A DNA stretch of 48,514 nucleotides, taken from contig NMRA01000325.1 in the NCBI GenBank assembly GCA_002633005.1, positions 457,331-505,844 of the forward strand, in the 5' to 3' direction. Position numbers and translations under genes: made by a program. Below, in pieces: positions 25,502 through 37,551 of the stretch. Source of the stretch: Phoronis australis (lineage: Eukaryota; Animalia; Phoronida). Every line of letters starts with the position of its first letter. Within the stretch, counting starts at the first letter, position 1. The notes below the pieces were generated by a model, which was not told where the DNA came from, ran no database searches, and saw only the letters and a list, made by a program, of their open reading frames with translations.

Positions 25502-25856
25502 CATGTAACAGTCCCAAATAGGGACTCAACTAAGTTCCCTAAATCTGCTGCGTATTTGTGGACTTGTGAAAACACTGGTTTTCGTTTCTTATACCGTTTG
25601 AGTCTCATTACTAAGTCAATTTGAGTCTTAGCACTAAGTCAATGTTTGTTTAATTAAAACTATGTCCCCAATTATTTTGATTGATTTAAGGGCTCAGGTT
25701 TAGCTATATTATTAGAAACTGTCGATCATTTAGTTAAAGAGGAGATCATAATAAAGATAAATGATAGAAAAAATATTACGTCTGTAAGCAAAGGACACAC
25801 AAATACGCAAAAGACTTAGGGAGGTTAGTTGAGTCCCTATTTGGGATTGTTTCATG
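25502..25856. mobile_element. MITE with ~55-bp terminal inverted repeats
   Basis: CAGTCCCAAATAGGGACTCAACTAAG...GCGTATTTGTG pairs with CACAAATACGC...TTAGTTGAGTCCCTATTTGGGATTG. Confidence 0.8.
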
Positions 25857-26456
25857 CCACCGACCACTGGTACCTCGGCGAACTGGTTTCTTGCATATCT
25901 TTTCACCATGGCGTACAGTTGCATTTCAAGTGATATATATTTATTGAAGAATACACAGAACATACAAAGATTTAATGACAAACCCAGAAATCGCGAAGTC
26001 TTATATCTGGGTTCTAGACAATTTATAGATGAAAGTAATATACATCATAGATTATAGACAACAGATTCGCAACTCCGGCATATTCTTACGAGCTGAGTTG
26101 ACCTCTCCTGACCTATCTGCTGCAGTTTCCGGTCAGTTTTAATTTGACGAGAAATACCTGCATCTACTTTACTGTCCAAAACAGCGAAAAAACATTAATT
26201 TATATTAATTTCGGTATTGAAACGCTCTTCAAAATCTTTCAATAGTAGAAGTGTTGGTATTGTGAGTACTTTTGGCAATGCTACTGGTAATTAATTTCAA
26301 AATTCAAACTTCGGTTCCGACCCTTTATGTCGTCTGCTTGCCCAATAGCAGCATAGTTATCGGACAGTTTTTGATTTACGGTTCACATAGGCCTACTGAG
26401 AAAACTACGAAAGCGTGTTTATAAATCAACATTCTCAAGTGAGCAGTTCTTCTGGG

Positions 26457-26851
26457 NNNNNNNNNNNNNNNNNNNNNNNNNNNNNNNNNNNNNNNNNNNN
26501 NNNNNNNNNNNNNNNNNNNNNNNNNNNNNNNNNNNNNNNNNNNNNNNNNNNNNNNNNNNNNNNNNNNNNNNNNNNNNNNNNNNNNNNNNNNNNNNNNNNN
26601 NNNNNNNNNNNNNNNNNNNNNNNNNNNNNNNNNNNNNNNNNNNNNNNNNNNNNNNNNNNNNNNNNNNNNNNNNNNNNNNNNNNNNNNNNNNNNNNNNNNN
26701 NNNNNNNNNNNNNNNNNNNNNNNNNNNNNNNNNNNNNNNNNNNNNNNNNNNNNNNNNNNNNNNNNNNNNNNNNNNNNNNNNNNNNNNNNNNNNNNNNNNN
26801 NNNNNNNNNNNNNNNNNNNNNNNNNNNNNNNNNNNNNNNNNNNNNNNNNNN
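26457..26851. other. Assembly gap
   Basis: Run of N. Confidence 1.
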
Positions 26852-29004
26852 CGGATTTTGTGGTCTTCGTACACTATGGAAGCTAACGCCTCTGCATTTC
26901 GCCTGCGTAGCCGAACAACCGGCCACACAGCAACCGACCATGATTAGCAGACGACGTACTTGCCGGAAATTACACCAGATAATTGAGCCAGGTGTCGCCA
27001 GTGAGTAATGACGTAAAGGCTTGTGCGTAAGACCACAGATTTCGTCCATTGAAAGTAAACGGAGTTGGCGGTCCATGTACTATAGTCTATGTATACATAG
27101 AGGTATATGCATGAAAGTAGTATCTAATACAAGTATTCCAATATTTAAATATGCTATTACGAAGATATAAAAACATAAACCTGTACAGATATATGTATGG
27201 AAATCAGAAGCAACAATATTGATAAGCGATACATAAAACATTGCTAACGTTGCTTAAGAGGAAGATTGAGAACAAGGTCAAAGTTAGGACTACCATTCAA
27301 TAATGAAACTTTAGTAGGGATATTATTACAAGAATTGAGAGCATTTACAATTAATTGGTTTTCATTGAGTGGACGAAAGAGTGAGTCTCTCAGGTATTCG
27401 ATGAGGGGACATTTCGTTCCGTGAAAACGTTTTCAGGTGATTTGTTTTCGGATACATTTGACGTTTTTACATTGTTGCAACATACGGTAGCCCAACAGTC
27501 CACGTGATTCGGCTTAAAAAAGCGATACTTTTAAACACTTAAAAGTGTTTATTGTCGCTTTCAATAATAGGGATCACCATCGTTCGTTCGTTTTTCTCGC
27601 ATTGACAGTGAACATCTGTTTGTTTCCGGGCGTAACAGTGGCGGTCTTCGTTCCTAAGCAACTAGGGGCTGCTGTCACTCGGTCACCTGATAATCAAGTG
27701 TTGTGATTTTACTTGGCTGCGGGTGCTCCTTTTCTTGAACATTTGGTAGTTGTCAAAACCACTGCATACACACTACACTTTTTCGTATACGACTTTTCGT
27801 ATGCTAAAAATCGGTGTAGACATATGCTCCACTTAAAATTTTGCTGATGGCCTGACCCATACCCAGATGTGCACAATTTTGGTTTTACGGAATTTATGAG
27901 CCGAGTTCACGAGACGAAATCGGGAAGGGTTTAAGTCATCTCAAGAAAAATTCCAGAGACACGTTAACTGCCACAAACTCGCCAGGATGCATGAAATTTG
28001 CTGTGTTTGGCCACAAAAACAAACAATTCTCTAAACAGGAGGTTTTTTTCCTCCTCCCCGCGTCCCACCGTTCGGCTCTATGCGCCTCGGATTTGCGCGA
28101 ATCCTGAACTTCCTTACTGAAAACATAGATCCTCCTCTGCCCCCAAGAAAAACATGCCCTGGTGATTATCTTAGAGTTGGAAGCCCCGTCTGAATACATC
28201 GGTCGTGAACAAGATATTGCCAACGTACCTCGCACCGACAGCACCAGTCTCTGCTCTACTGGTGTTTCCCAGCTATGGCCAAAACACGCCATACTTACCC
28301 CGATTGATGGCAAGACAGGTGTTATGCTAGTTAATACAATTCGACATTGCGAATTTCAAAAACTGAAAACTCCCTAAAACAATTATTATATCCCTATTAT
28401 TAACTAGTCAACAAGAGCTTGCTATTTGGTTTTGCGCAATTGTTTTGTATGAAAAAGCATGGGCCTAAATTGGACATAGACGCTGGTTAACATACACTGC
28501 GCATGTGTCTAACTACGCGAATACACTAAATACTCTGCCACTTCACAGTCCATTGTACAATACAACCCGGAAATCTACACAAGAAAATATCAAATTACCA
28601 GATTAAGACGCGGTCGCAAAGCCAAATTACCCATCTGAGACTGCGAAGTCAAAACACCCAGCCGAGTTGGCACTACAAGGCCTTCCTATATAAGAGTTCT
28701 CGCGAGTCCAATGACTGATTTTTGGGTAAACGGCCAAAACGCACAAGATTCGCATAGACTTCAATTTACAACAACGGACTCTTTGTCATAGGAAGGGGTA
28801 CACGAGCACTCCAAATGAGTTGCAACAAAAGCAAAGAAGGCCTTACACGACAAGTGCTCTTTTGGTGGGAAAAAGTGATTTGTAAACAACAGCTACAAAT
28901 ACGTGGCGACGGTGCTGGGTTCCGGGACAGATTTCGAAACGAATTAAAATTTACATATCAATGGCAGTAGTATCAACACCGAAAAGTCATCGCACGGATT
29001 TTCA

Positions 29005-29388
29005 GTTAACAAGTGACGATTATACCTTTGAACAAAGTGTCGACAATAACAACAAACACCGGTGATTCTTTTTGGACATCTCTCCAAGTGCTGTATTTTG
29101 ATAATCGATTCATCTTGACATGATTGTGGAAGACCACCTACTACGCTGATGCTGAATAAAGCATCGTCTGACCTTTGCTGTACACAGTGCACAGCAGCTT
29201 CAAAGAAGTGCTAAGATTTCCTGGTCAACGCATCCGCGTCAGAATGTACAAACAAGAAATTTCTGCTGTCTTTCATAGCACCAGAAGAGCAGCTAATTTC
29301 GTAGTCCCCTGGAGGAATGTCATGAGAACTGATACAGGACAGCCCGAAATATTTGGCGATAAATTTCGTACTCGTCAGGTCTTTGAAT
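29005..29388 (-). pseudogene. Degenerate partial duplicate of the TIR-like C-terminus of copy 2
   Basis: AKYFGLSCISSHDIPPGDYEISCSSGAMKDSRNFLFVHSDADALTRKS then stop/frameshift, followed by DDALFSISVVG. Collinear with 29550-29997. Confidence 0.9.
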
Positions 29389-29549
29389 GTCCCCAAAGTG
29401 CCAATTGACTTTTTCCTAACCTGACAGTAACATGTATGGGGTCCCTTGCCCCTGTGCATTTTTATATAACCAGCACCAGCAATTATTCAGTACACTTATC
29501 AACACGCAACATCTCGAATCACCACAAGGATTGTCGGCGTATCACTAGT

Positions 29550-32045
29550 TTAAGAAGTTTTGATTATACTTTTAAACAAACTGACGACAAGGTCAACAAA
29601 CTCTGGTGAGTCTTTTTGGACATCTTTCCAACAGCTGTAATCGGACACCTGGTTGAACCTGTGGGATTTCAGTAGTTGGGGAGGATTTCCTACCACGCTG
29701 ATGCTGAGTAAATCATCGACCGGCCTCTGCAGTGCACAGTGCAAAGAAGCTTCCACGAAATGCTTTGATTTTCTGGTCAACAAGCCAGCGTCAGAAAAGA
29801 CAAACAAGAAATTTCTGCTGCCTTCCATAGCACAAGAAGAGTAGCTGATTTCGTACTCCTCTGGAGGTATGTTGTTAGAACTGATACAAGACAGTCCGAA
29901 ATATTTGGTGATAATTTCAGAAAAGTGGTGAAATAGACAGTTGTCGTCGGATTCGTGACCAGTGACATAAATTTCATACTCGTCAGGTCTTTGAATATTT
30001 TTCATCCAAAACACAATCTGATAAGCTCTCTGGAAGTATTCCCTGGCTATGTCTTCCTTCCCTTTTCTCAGATTTTCCTCAGCAGCCATCACAGCAGCAT
30101 TGACCAGAATCTCTTTTTTTTCAAGAACATGCTCTTTGTGAACAGTTGTCAGTAACATCATTAGCAGATTTACGGCTTCCTCATATTCTCTCTGTGACAT
30201 AAGCAACCTGGCCTTTTCCAAGTAAGCATTGGAATCGTGTGGATCAAGCTTTAAAATTTCATCAAGGTACTCTAACGCGCGTGAATGCTGCCCGAGCAAT
30301 TGATAAAGCCGAGAAAGCTGCTTTTGTGATTCAGCGTGCCTCGGGTTTTCTGTCAGTTTTGATTGGAGAAGGTCTTGCAAACTGAGAGATGATGGACATT
30401 GGTAATCAAAAGGAAGGCTTAGTTGCACGGCGTTCTCAATGGCAAAGAAGAACATAACTATGGCATTCTCAACAGCTTCGGTTTTTTTCGTGGCATTCTC
30501 TTCTTGTCTCGCCATCTCCACATAGCAGTAACCCTGCTGCTCGTAGCAGTTGACCTTCATAAACAAACTACAAGTTTCAATCTCCAACAGCATTTTAAAA
30601 CACTGTAAAGCTTCTGCTGGACAGTTGAGCCTGCGATGTACCAACCCTTTGTGGTATTGCGCTTGTGCTGAAGTATGTTCACACAATTCACTTGCTTCCG
30701 CTAACATCTTAATTGCATGATTCAACAATGCGTTTGAAGGATCATATTCTTTTTTCAAATACTTTGGAGACCTGAGAACGTACGTAATGAACGTTTCTAC
30801 GTCATTCAGTTGGGAATACTGGGAATCCATTTCAGGGTTTCTTTTCACCGACAAATCACCCATTCTGCTCGTTAAATCTGCTGTAGCGCTAGAAAATTCA
30901 CAACCAAGATGGGATCCAGAATGATATCCAGAGTCGCTGGATGGGACCGATTCTGGGGTATACCTTTCAGGGGAAAGCCTTTGCTCCGCTGGACGACTGA
31001 ACTGATCAAAAGACAGTTTCTTTTTAACCGCTTCCCTTCTCTTCTTTTTGTTCAACGCCTCCTCGTTCCATATGTCTACGTCTAGGAGACCCAGGTGAAG
31101 AGAGTTGAATGTTGTTGGATGTATTGAGTAAGACTTCTCTAGGTATTGTCGTGCCTTCTCTAAGTTTCGGTTGTTTTTGCCTCTTCTGTAGAAGCGTCCA
31201 CATTCCTGCAGAACAGTGGGATCATCTGGGGCACGTTTAATGGCCTCTTGCATGCAGAAGCTAGTATCTACGACTCTTTCACTGGAAATGTTCAAAAGGC
31301 ACGCTTGAGCCGACTCATCCGCATTCTTGTACACTGAGGGCACGCCGGCATACGAAAAGATCATGGAACCAATTTTGGTCCAAGCCTTTGCAGCCGTTGC
31401 TTTATCAGCATCGGGACAGTCAATAACTTCTCTGAGAACCCCTACTCCTTTAATGAATGTATCGCTAGCATCAAAATGCTTATCGTCGATGTAAGATTCA
31501 GCATTCAGACATCTTTGTAGAACAACCCCGTATCTGTATTTCCATTGCCATTGTCCAGGATTGGTCGCCAACACTTGTTCGTATATTTTTTTGGCCTGGC
31601 CATGATACCTCGGCCCAAGTTTTGAATAAGAATACGCTAGTTCCGCATTCGCACTTGCAACCTGTTCTGTGTAATTTTGCTCGGTCTTGAGACGTTTAAG
31701 CTCATCAATTATTTTTTTAGCTTTCGCCAAATCCTCACTTCTTACGAGCATGTTCGCATAGTTAGCCAATGCGACAATATTTGCTGGTTCAGATTCTCTA
31801 ACTTTCTGGTTGCGTTCTGCAGCTGAAGTTAAGTTTTTTTGCCCACCGAGTTGCATTTCTAAAAATGACAGTAAATTTTCATCAGCATTTTCATTAAATG
31901 GTACTGGGTCCTCTTCACGCTGGCTCGTGATCGTTTTCTTAACCTTTAGCATCCGTTTTGCTGGACATCTTTCCAGGAGGAATGAATTTGGAAACTCTTC
32001 AAGATCTTTTAGGAGTTTCTTTTTCTGAACGTCCATTGAATCCAT
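29550..32045 (-). CDS. TTC22/IFIT-like TPR protein with C-terminal TIR-like domain (copy 2, 831 aa)
   Basis: Intact 2.5-kb ORF collinear with copy 1 (e.g. AELAYSYSKLGP, WxYRYGVVLQRCLNAE, RKSKHFVEASL). Has a single linker unit with DSGYHS. The acceptor TTTTTTTACAG|ATCAACC precedes the ATG. Confidence 0.92.
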   Translation of the reverse strand: MDSMDVQKKKLLKDLEEFPNSFLLERCPAKRMLKVKKTITSQREEDPVPFNENADENLLSFLEMQLGGQKNLTSAAERNQKVRESEPANIVALANYANMLVRSEDLAKAKKIIDELKRLKTEQNYTEQVASANAELAYSYSKLGPRYHGQAKKIYEQVLATNPGQWQWKYRYGVVLQRCLNAESYIDDKHFDASDTFIKGVGVLREVIDCPDADKATAAKAWTKIGSMIFSYAGVPSVYKNADESAQACLLNISSERVVDTSFCMQEAIKRAPDDPTVLQECGRFYRRGKNNRNLEKARQYLEKSYSIHPTTFNSLHLGLLDVDIWNEEALNKKKRREAVKKKLSFDQFSRPAEQRLSPERYTPESVPSSDSGYHSGSHLGCEFSSATADLTSRMGDLSVKRNPEMDSQYSQLNDVETFITYVLRSPKYLKKEYDPSNALLNHAIKMLAEASELCEHTSAQAQYHKGLVHRRLNCPAEALQCFKMLLEIETCSLFMKVNCYEQQGYCYVEMARQEENATKKTEAVENAIVMFFFAIENAVQLSLPFDYQCPSSLSLQDLLQSKLTENPRHAESQKQLSRLYQLLGQHSRALEYLDEILKLDPHDSNAYLEKARLLMSQREYEEAVNLLMMLLTTVHKEHVLEKKEILVNAAVMAAEENLRKGKEDIAREYFQRAYQIVFWMKNIQRPDEYEIYVTGHESDDNCLFHHFSEIITKYFGLSCISSNNIPPEEYEISYSSCAMEGSRNFLFVFSDAGLLTRKSKHFVEASLHCALQRPVDDLLSISVVGNPPQLLKSHRFNQVSDYSCWKDVQKDSPEFVDLVVSLFKSIIKTS

Positions 32046-32929
32046 GGTTGATCTGTAAAAAAACAGTTATTATAAAATGTATGTGTTCCTGCAGACACAA
32101 TCATGCGTATTGCCAGTTATAGTATTGTTGTGTTAGTTGTACGCATTTTGAAGTACCCCCAGATGTTGGACACGTCACTTGGTACTGGCATTTAAAAGCA
32201 TTTTGCCCTCCAGTGCTACTCATTCGTATTCTGATCTGTGTGCAGTGTGAGCATGTTACAATCTTCACTGTCGTTGCTCTGAGCTTGCAAGGTTTTCATG
32301 GTGTAAGTAGTGTTCGATTTTGCTTACTTGTTATATTTCTGGTTTTTGGATTGCAATCTTACTACGTGTCCCTAGTTTTAGAATTTTCGCTCCATTTACT
32401 TTCGCCGTATTTCTTCCTTCGTGGATCATTCCAGGGCTTCGCGCGTTGTTCGCTATGACCTTGAGATTGCACGGGCTCACGGTAAATTTGCGTATAAATT
32501 ATGTTGGTTTTCCTACCTAGTATTTTGACATTAAAGGTCAAAGTTCAACTGACCTTGCCATATCGTTACCTGTGTATTGTCATGATTGGTGTAAGTAACG
32601 GTTTTTGTATATACTATCGTTACTTTTGCTTCTAGTATATTTCGTAGCAGTGACTTGTTGTTGTGTTTTGTTTGTTTCAGTTTACGGCTGGTCAATGTAC
32701 ATGGAAATCGAAAAAAAGTAAAGCGCCAGAACAGTATGGTCTCTTTGAAGTTTTTCCTTCAAACCTTCCTCGACAAAAATGAAAACAATAAGTACGTTTG
32801 TAATGCAGAGTGTGTGGACGATTGACATCACGCGCATGTTCAAGAGGCATTGAACACGTAAGCTCGTCAAAAATGTCTTTCAAACAACTCCTTAAAGAAA
32901 GTACCATGTTGCAACACCTAGTACAGAGT

Positions 32930-33010
32930 AACTCACTTTCCTCTGTGAGGGAATTTCCAGATAAAAAACCGAAATTCAGGATTTAGGAATAGGTGTAAAG
33001 CGAAAATTGT
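32930..33010. promoter_or_regulatory. Candidate NF-kB plus IRF-like motif cluster upstream of copy 2
   Basis: GGGAATTTCC at 32949-32958; AAAACCGAAAT ~32965-32975; AAAGCGAAAAT ~32997-33007; another GGAAATCGAAA at 32703-32713. Confidence 0.35.
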
Positions 33011-35067
33011 AGTCACCACAAATAAAGTTTCTAATCTCCCTCCCACTGTGACTGTGTTTCCAGAAGTTGCCTACTTGACATAACATTAAAATCAGTGGAG
33101 AATTCAACTCCCAAAAGCAAGAAAAGTTCATTTTGCCATGAAAATCTGTTATGTTCAGATGTTTAGTAGTACAAATTTTTTCACCGGAGTCTTTTTTTAA
33201 ACCAATCCGAACATATTTTGTTTTCTCGATATTTGGTTTCAAACCAGAGAAAAGGCATGTTGGAGCGCAAAAAGATGAAACTTGTTCTAGAGAAGTGTGA
33301 CTGTGACAGTTAACTTTGGTATTGTCATGTTAATTAGGAATGCTAAGCTGCCATATTATAAAACGGCCAACCCAGGGCAAATACCACAGTTTGAGGCGCT
33401 GATTTTGACCTTATCACTGCTTTGCATCAATAACTCAAGACACCTAAAAAAAAGACCTAACTTACTGAAAGTACACTCTGTGGGGTTTCTCAAAGATGAA
33501 AAAATTCAACTGTCATATAATTTTGCTTTGATAAGTCCACTGAAAAAACCCGAAATGCCAAAAATGTTGTTTTGGCCTGTTTGCGTCTAAAATCACAAAT
33601 TCACGACTTCATCGGTACAGCACACCTTAGATTCCGGAAATTTATGTTAAAATATGTCATCACCAACTGCATTTTTGGCAATTTCCACTTGAGGTCTGAA
33701 GGGTACCTGTATTCGTGCCAAAAGTTCCCCACTTAACAAGAACGTGCTTTGAAAACGCTGGTACCTCCGTATGCGGGAAGACCAGTTTTTTACATAACTG
33801 TTTATTCAATCTCAAGAAATTGAACAAAGAGTGATACAATTACTACAAGAAGTCGATAACATTATATGCAGGCAGATTAACAATTATAATAACAAGAACT
33901 ATAAAATTCCTTTGGTATAACAACAAAATACGATCTAGTTACAAAAAACAGGCAAACACACAAAAAGCAAAAAAAACAGAAAATCTATTAAGTAAATTAA
34001 AATTTTAGTTTGCTATTATAAATGAAATATATTCAGATGAAAGTTAAGTTGATTGGTAGGTGTGGTAAATGGAGGTCACATCAATATTTCGGAATCAAGA
34101 GCCTGGAAGAGATGGACACGATCTATTTGATTGACAGGGCATTTAAGAAAAAAATAACACTATTTAAGCAGTCAGATTTACAAATATTTTATACCTTTTG
34201 AAAGTTATGTTGAAATTTACAGTTCTGCATGTTCTACTCTAATTGTCTTTCACGTACTCAACCCAACGACTAAAATTTCATACGCTTTCTGCCTGTGGCG
34301 TTTAGATAATGAATTTTCTTATCCCAATCCAGTTCCAAGTATGACAGAACACACAAAATTTTATCAAACTATTTTGTATTGTACACCCTTTTACATTTCT
34401 TGGGTTTTAATTCATGCATTGTATAATACGGTACTCTATATTAGTTTGAAAGATTGTAAGTATTCCGTAAACTATTTAATTATTTGTATTCTGTAGTTTT
34501 TAGGATTGGTCCAGGGTCTATTTTTATTCTAGAAATCGAACCTGAAATTATTTTTTGATACTTCCGTTAAAATTTGTGCAAAATAAAGATAGGTATCTCT
34601 AGGTGCTCTAGTATATTAAGGTTTTCATGGATGACTGTCTAATCCGAGCAATACTTGTAATCTCGTGGAAGTTTTTACTCGAGCTTGTAACGAACTTGGG
34701 ATTAAGCACTTGTTTGCACAAAGTCTCTATGCAGATAAAGGTTGATAGCTATGCTAGACAGCCATGACATTTGTAAATATCACCACTTCGTGTGTAGGGT
34801 TTTCTGAGAGTGCAGTCGGAAAGAGTAACGACTGGTAACTCGGCTACTTTATTATTTGGTATCGTAGTCTCAACTCATACGCAACTTCCGGGCCATTAAT
34901 CAAACTACAGTGGTGGTGAGCGATTGTAAGTATCTGACAAATATAAAATATACTGCCCTGATAAAAGATGTTTCATTTCTTCTGACGATGTGAATATTTT
35001 ATAAAATTAGCAAAAAAGCAGACAGTTTTCAGTTTTTCTGGACTCATCACCTACAACATCAGTTCTT

Positions 35068-37551
35068 AACTAGAAAGATTATTGTCACGTCGTGACAATA
35101 ACGGACTCTGCGCGTGCGTATTACTGGAATTATTATGGGAAGTTACTGACAGCAACCCGTTTACCAATATAAAAAGGAATTCTTTAAAATTGTAGGAGAA
35201 ATTACATATTAATTTTTTGATGACCTTCCACTAATTGACCTCTTCCCGTGCATTATGAGCCCCGATGAAGGAGTAATTGTTAACTCGATTAAAAGTGTGG
35301 TTAATGCTAATAATCACAGATGTTTTACTTTAAGCACTTCAGAATACAAGATGAATGAAGTGGTCAAACTTTCAGAAGAAAAATGCACCTAATGACTCCA
35401 TGGGTGCACCAAATGACCTGAAAATTTAGAATTCAAACTCAATCGCACTTAGTAAACAGTTATGTAATTCTGAAGTCTCTAACTAATTCAAAATTTTAGT
35501 TTGCACTCAATGACCTTTGACCTATTTTTTCTTATTGGTTAGGCCTATTGCGAAGTAAAGTAGAGTATTCACTTGGCATTTTGACTTACACCAGTGTGCT
35601 GAAATTCAAAAGAATTCCTTGAAAAACGTAAGAGATATAAGATTTTGAACGTTACATGACCTTTGCACTAATTGACCTCATCTAGTGCATTTTAAGCATC
35701 TTTAGGAGAATTATTGCAAAGCCCATGGAAAATGTGTTTAACGCTGAGAATCACAGTTGTCTAACGGTTAACACATCAGAAAATTTGCTGATTGAAAAGG
35801 TCAAATTTTCAGAAGAAAAATGCACCTAATGACCCCATGTTGGCACTAAATGACCTGAAACTTTGGATTCCGATTTGATTTACCTGTGGCAATCAGACCT
35901 GTCAATTTGAAATGTCTAGCTCAAAATTTTAGTTTGCACGTAATGACCTTTGACCTATTTCACCTAATTGGATGACCCGATTACTTAGAAAAGTCATTTT
36001 TTAAATTGTCATGTTGACATATACCTGTGCACTGAATTTGAAAAAGATAGCTTTAAAACTGAAGGAGTAGCATTTTGAAAATTAAATGACCTTTGCACCA
36101 AACGACCTCTTCCAGTGCAATATAGAAAATGATTATATAACCAATCAAAATTTATATACTGTCAAAAGCCATATGCTGAATTTAAAGACCGTACATGCAC
36201 CCAATTTGGAGTTATTAAGCCTCAAAGTTGGTCGGAAGAAGAATAAGAATAAGAAGAACTAGAAAGATTATTGTCACGGCGTGACAATAATGGACTGCGC
36301 GTGGGTATTACTGGAATTGTTTGGGAAGTTACTGACAGCAACCAATGTGAAAAGGAATTCGTTAAAATTTTAGGAGAAATTACATGTTAATATTTTGATG
36401 ACCTTTCCGCTAATTGTTCTCTTCCGGTGCATTATGAAACCCGACCAGGGAATAATTGTAAACACAATTTAAAGTGTGGTAACTGCTAAGAATCACAAAT
36501 GTTTTACTTTAAGCACTTCAGAATACAAGATGAATGAAGTGGTCAAACTTTCAGAAGAAAAATACACCTAATGAACCCTTGGGTGCACCAAATGACCTGA
36601 AAATTTAGAATTCAAACTCAATTGCAATTAGTGAACAGATATGTAATTTTGAAGTCTCTAGCTCAAAATTTTAGTTTGTACTCAATGACCTTTGACCTAT
36701 TTTTTCTGATTGGTCAGGCCTATTGCGAAGTAAAGTAGTTGATTTAATTGGCATGTTGACTTACACCAGTGCGCTGAAATTGAAAAGAATTCCTTGAAAA
36801 ACAAAAGAGATATAACATTTTGGACGTTAGATGACCTTTGCACTAATTGACTCTATCCGGTGCATTATAAGCGTTTTTAGGTGAATTATTGCAAAGCCCC
36901 TGAAAAATGTGTTTAATGCTGAGAATCACAGTTGTTGACACATCAGAATACTTGGTGAATGAAAAGGTCAAATTTTCAGAAGAAAAATGCACCTAATGAC
37001 CCCATGTTTGCACTAAATGACCTGAAACTTTAGATTCCGAATTGAATTACCTGTGCCAATCAAACCTGTGACTTTGAAGTGTCTAGCTCAAAATTTTAGT
37101 TTGCACCTAATGACCTTTGACCAGTTTAACCTGATTGGATGACCCAATTACTTAGAAAAGAATTTTTTTAAATTGCCTCATTGATTTATACCTGTGTACC
37201 GAATTTAAAAAGAATAGCTTTTAAAATAAAGGAGTAGCATTTTGAAAATTACATGACCTTTGCACCAAATGACCTCTTCCGGTGCATTATGGAATATTAT
37301 TATATAACGAGTCAAATTTTATGTACTGTCAAAACTAATATGCTGAATTTAAAGACTGTACCTGCACCCAATTTGGAGTTATTAAGCCTCAAAGTTGGTC
37401 GGAAGAAGAATAAGAATAAGACTAAGATTAAAATTGAAGAAAAACCCAAGAACAACAGTACTCTGCGCTTACACGCGCAGAGTAATAAGAAGAATAAAAT
37501 TGAAGAAAACCCAGGAACAACAGTACTCTGCGCTTACACGCGCAGAGTAAT
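35068..37551 (+). mobile_element. Two ~1.2-kb Helentron-like non-autonomous elements (HINE/DINE-1 style), order A then B
   Basis: Units start AACTAGAAAGATTATTGTCACG at 35068 and 36257. They contain internal sub-repeats (TGACCTTTGACC), an (AAGAAT)n microsatellite, and the terminal hairpin TACTCTGCGC-TTACAC-GCGCAGAGTA twice (37459-37484, 37524-37549). Confidence 0.75.

Noticed and set aside
26415-27076. Long ORFs of 169-213 aa
   Set aside because: They are artefacts of reading through the N gap.
29211-29459. Standalone small TIR gene
   Set aside because: It stops before the conserved Glu, is frameshifted and internally deleted, and its start lies in the 3' flank of copy 2.
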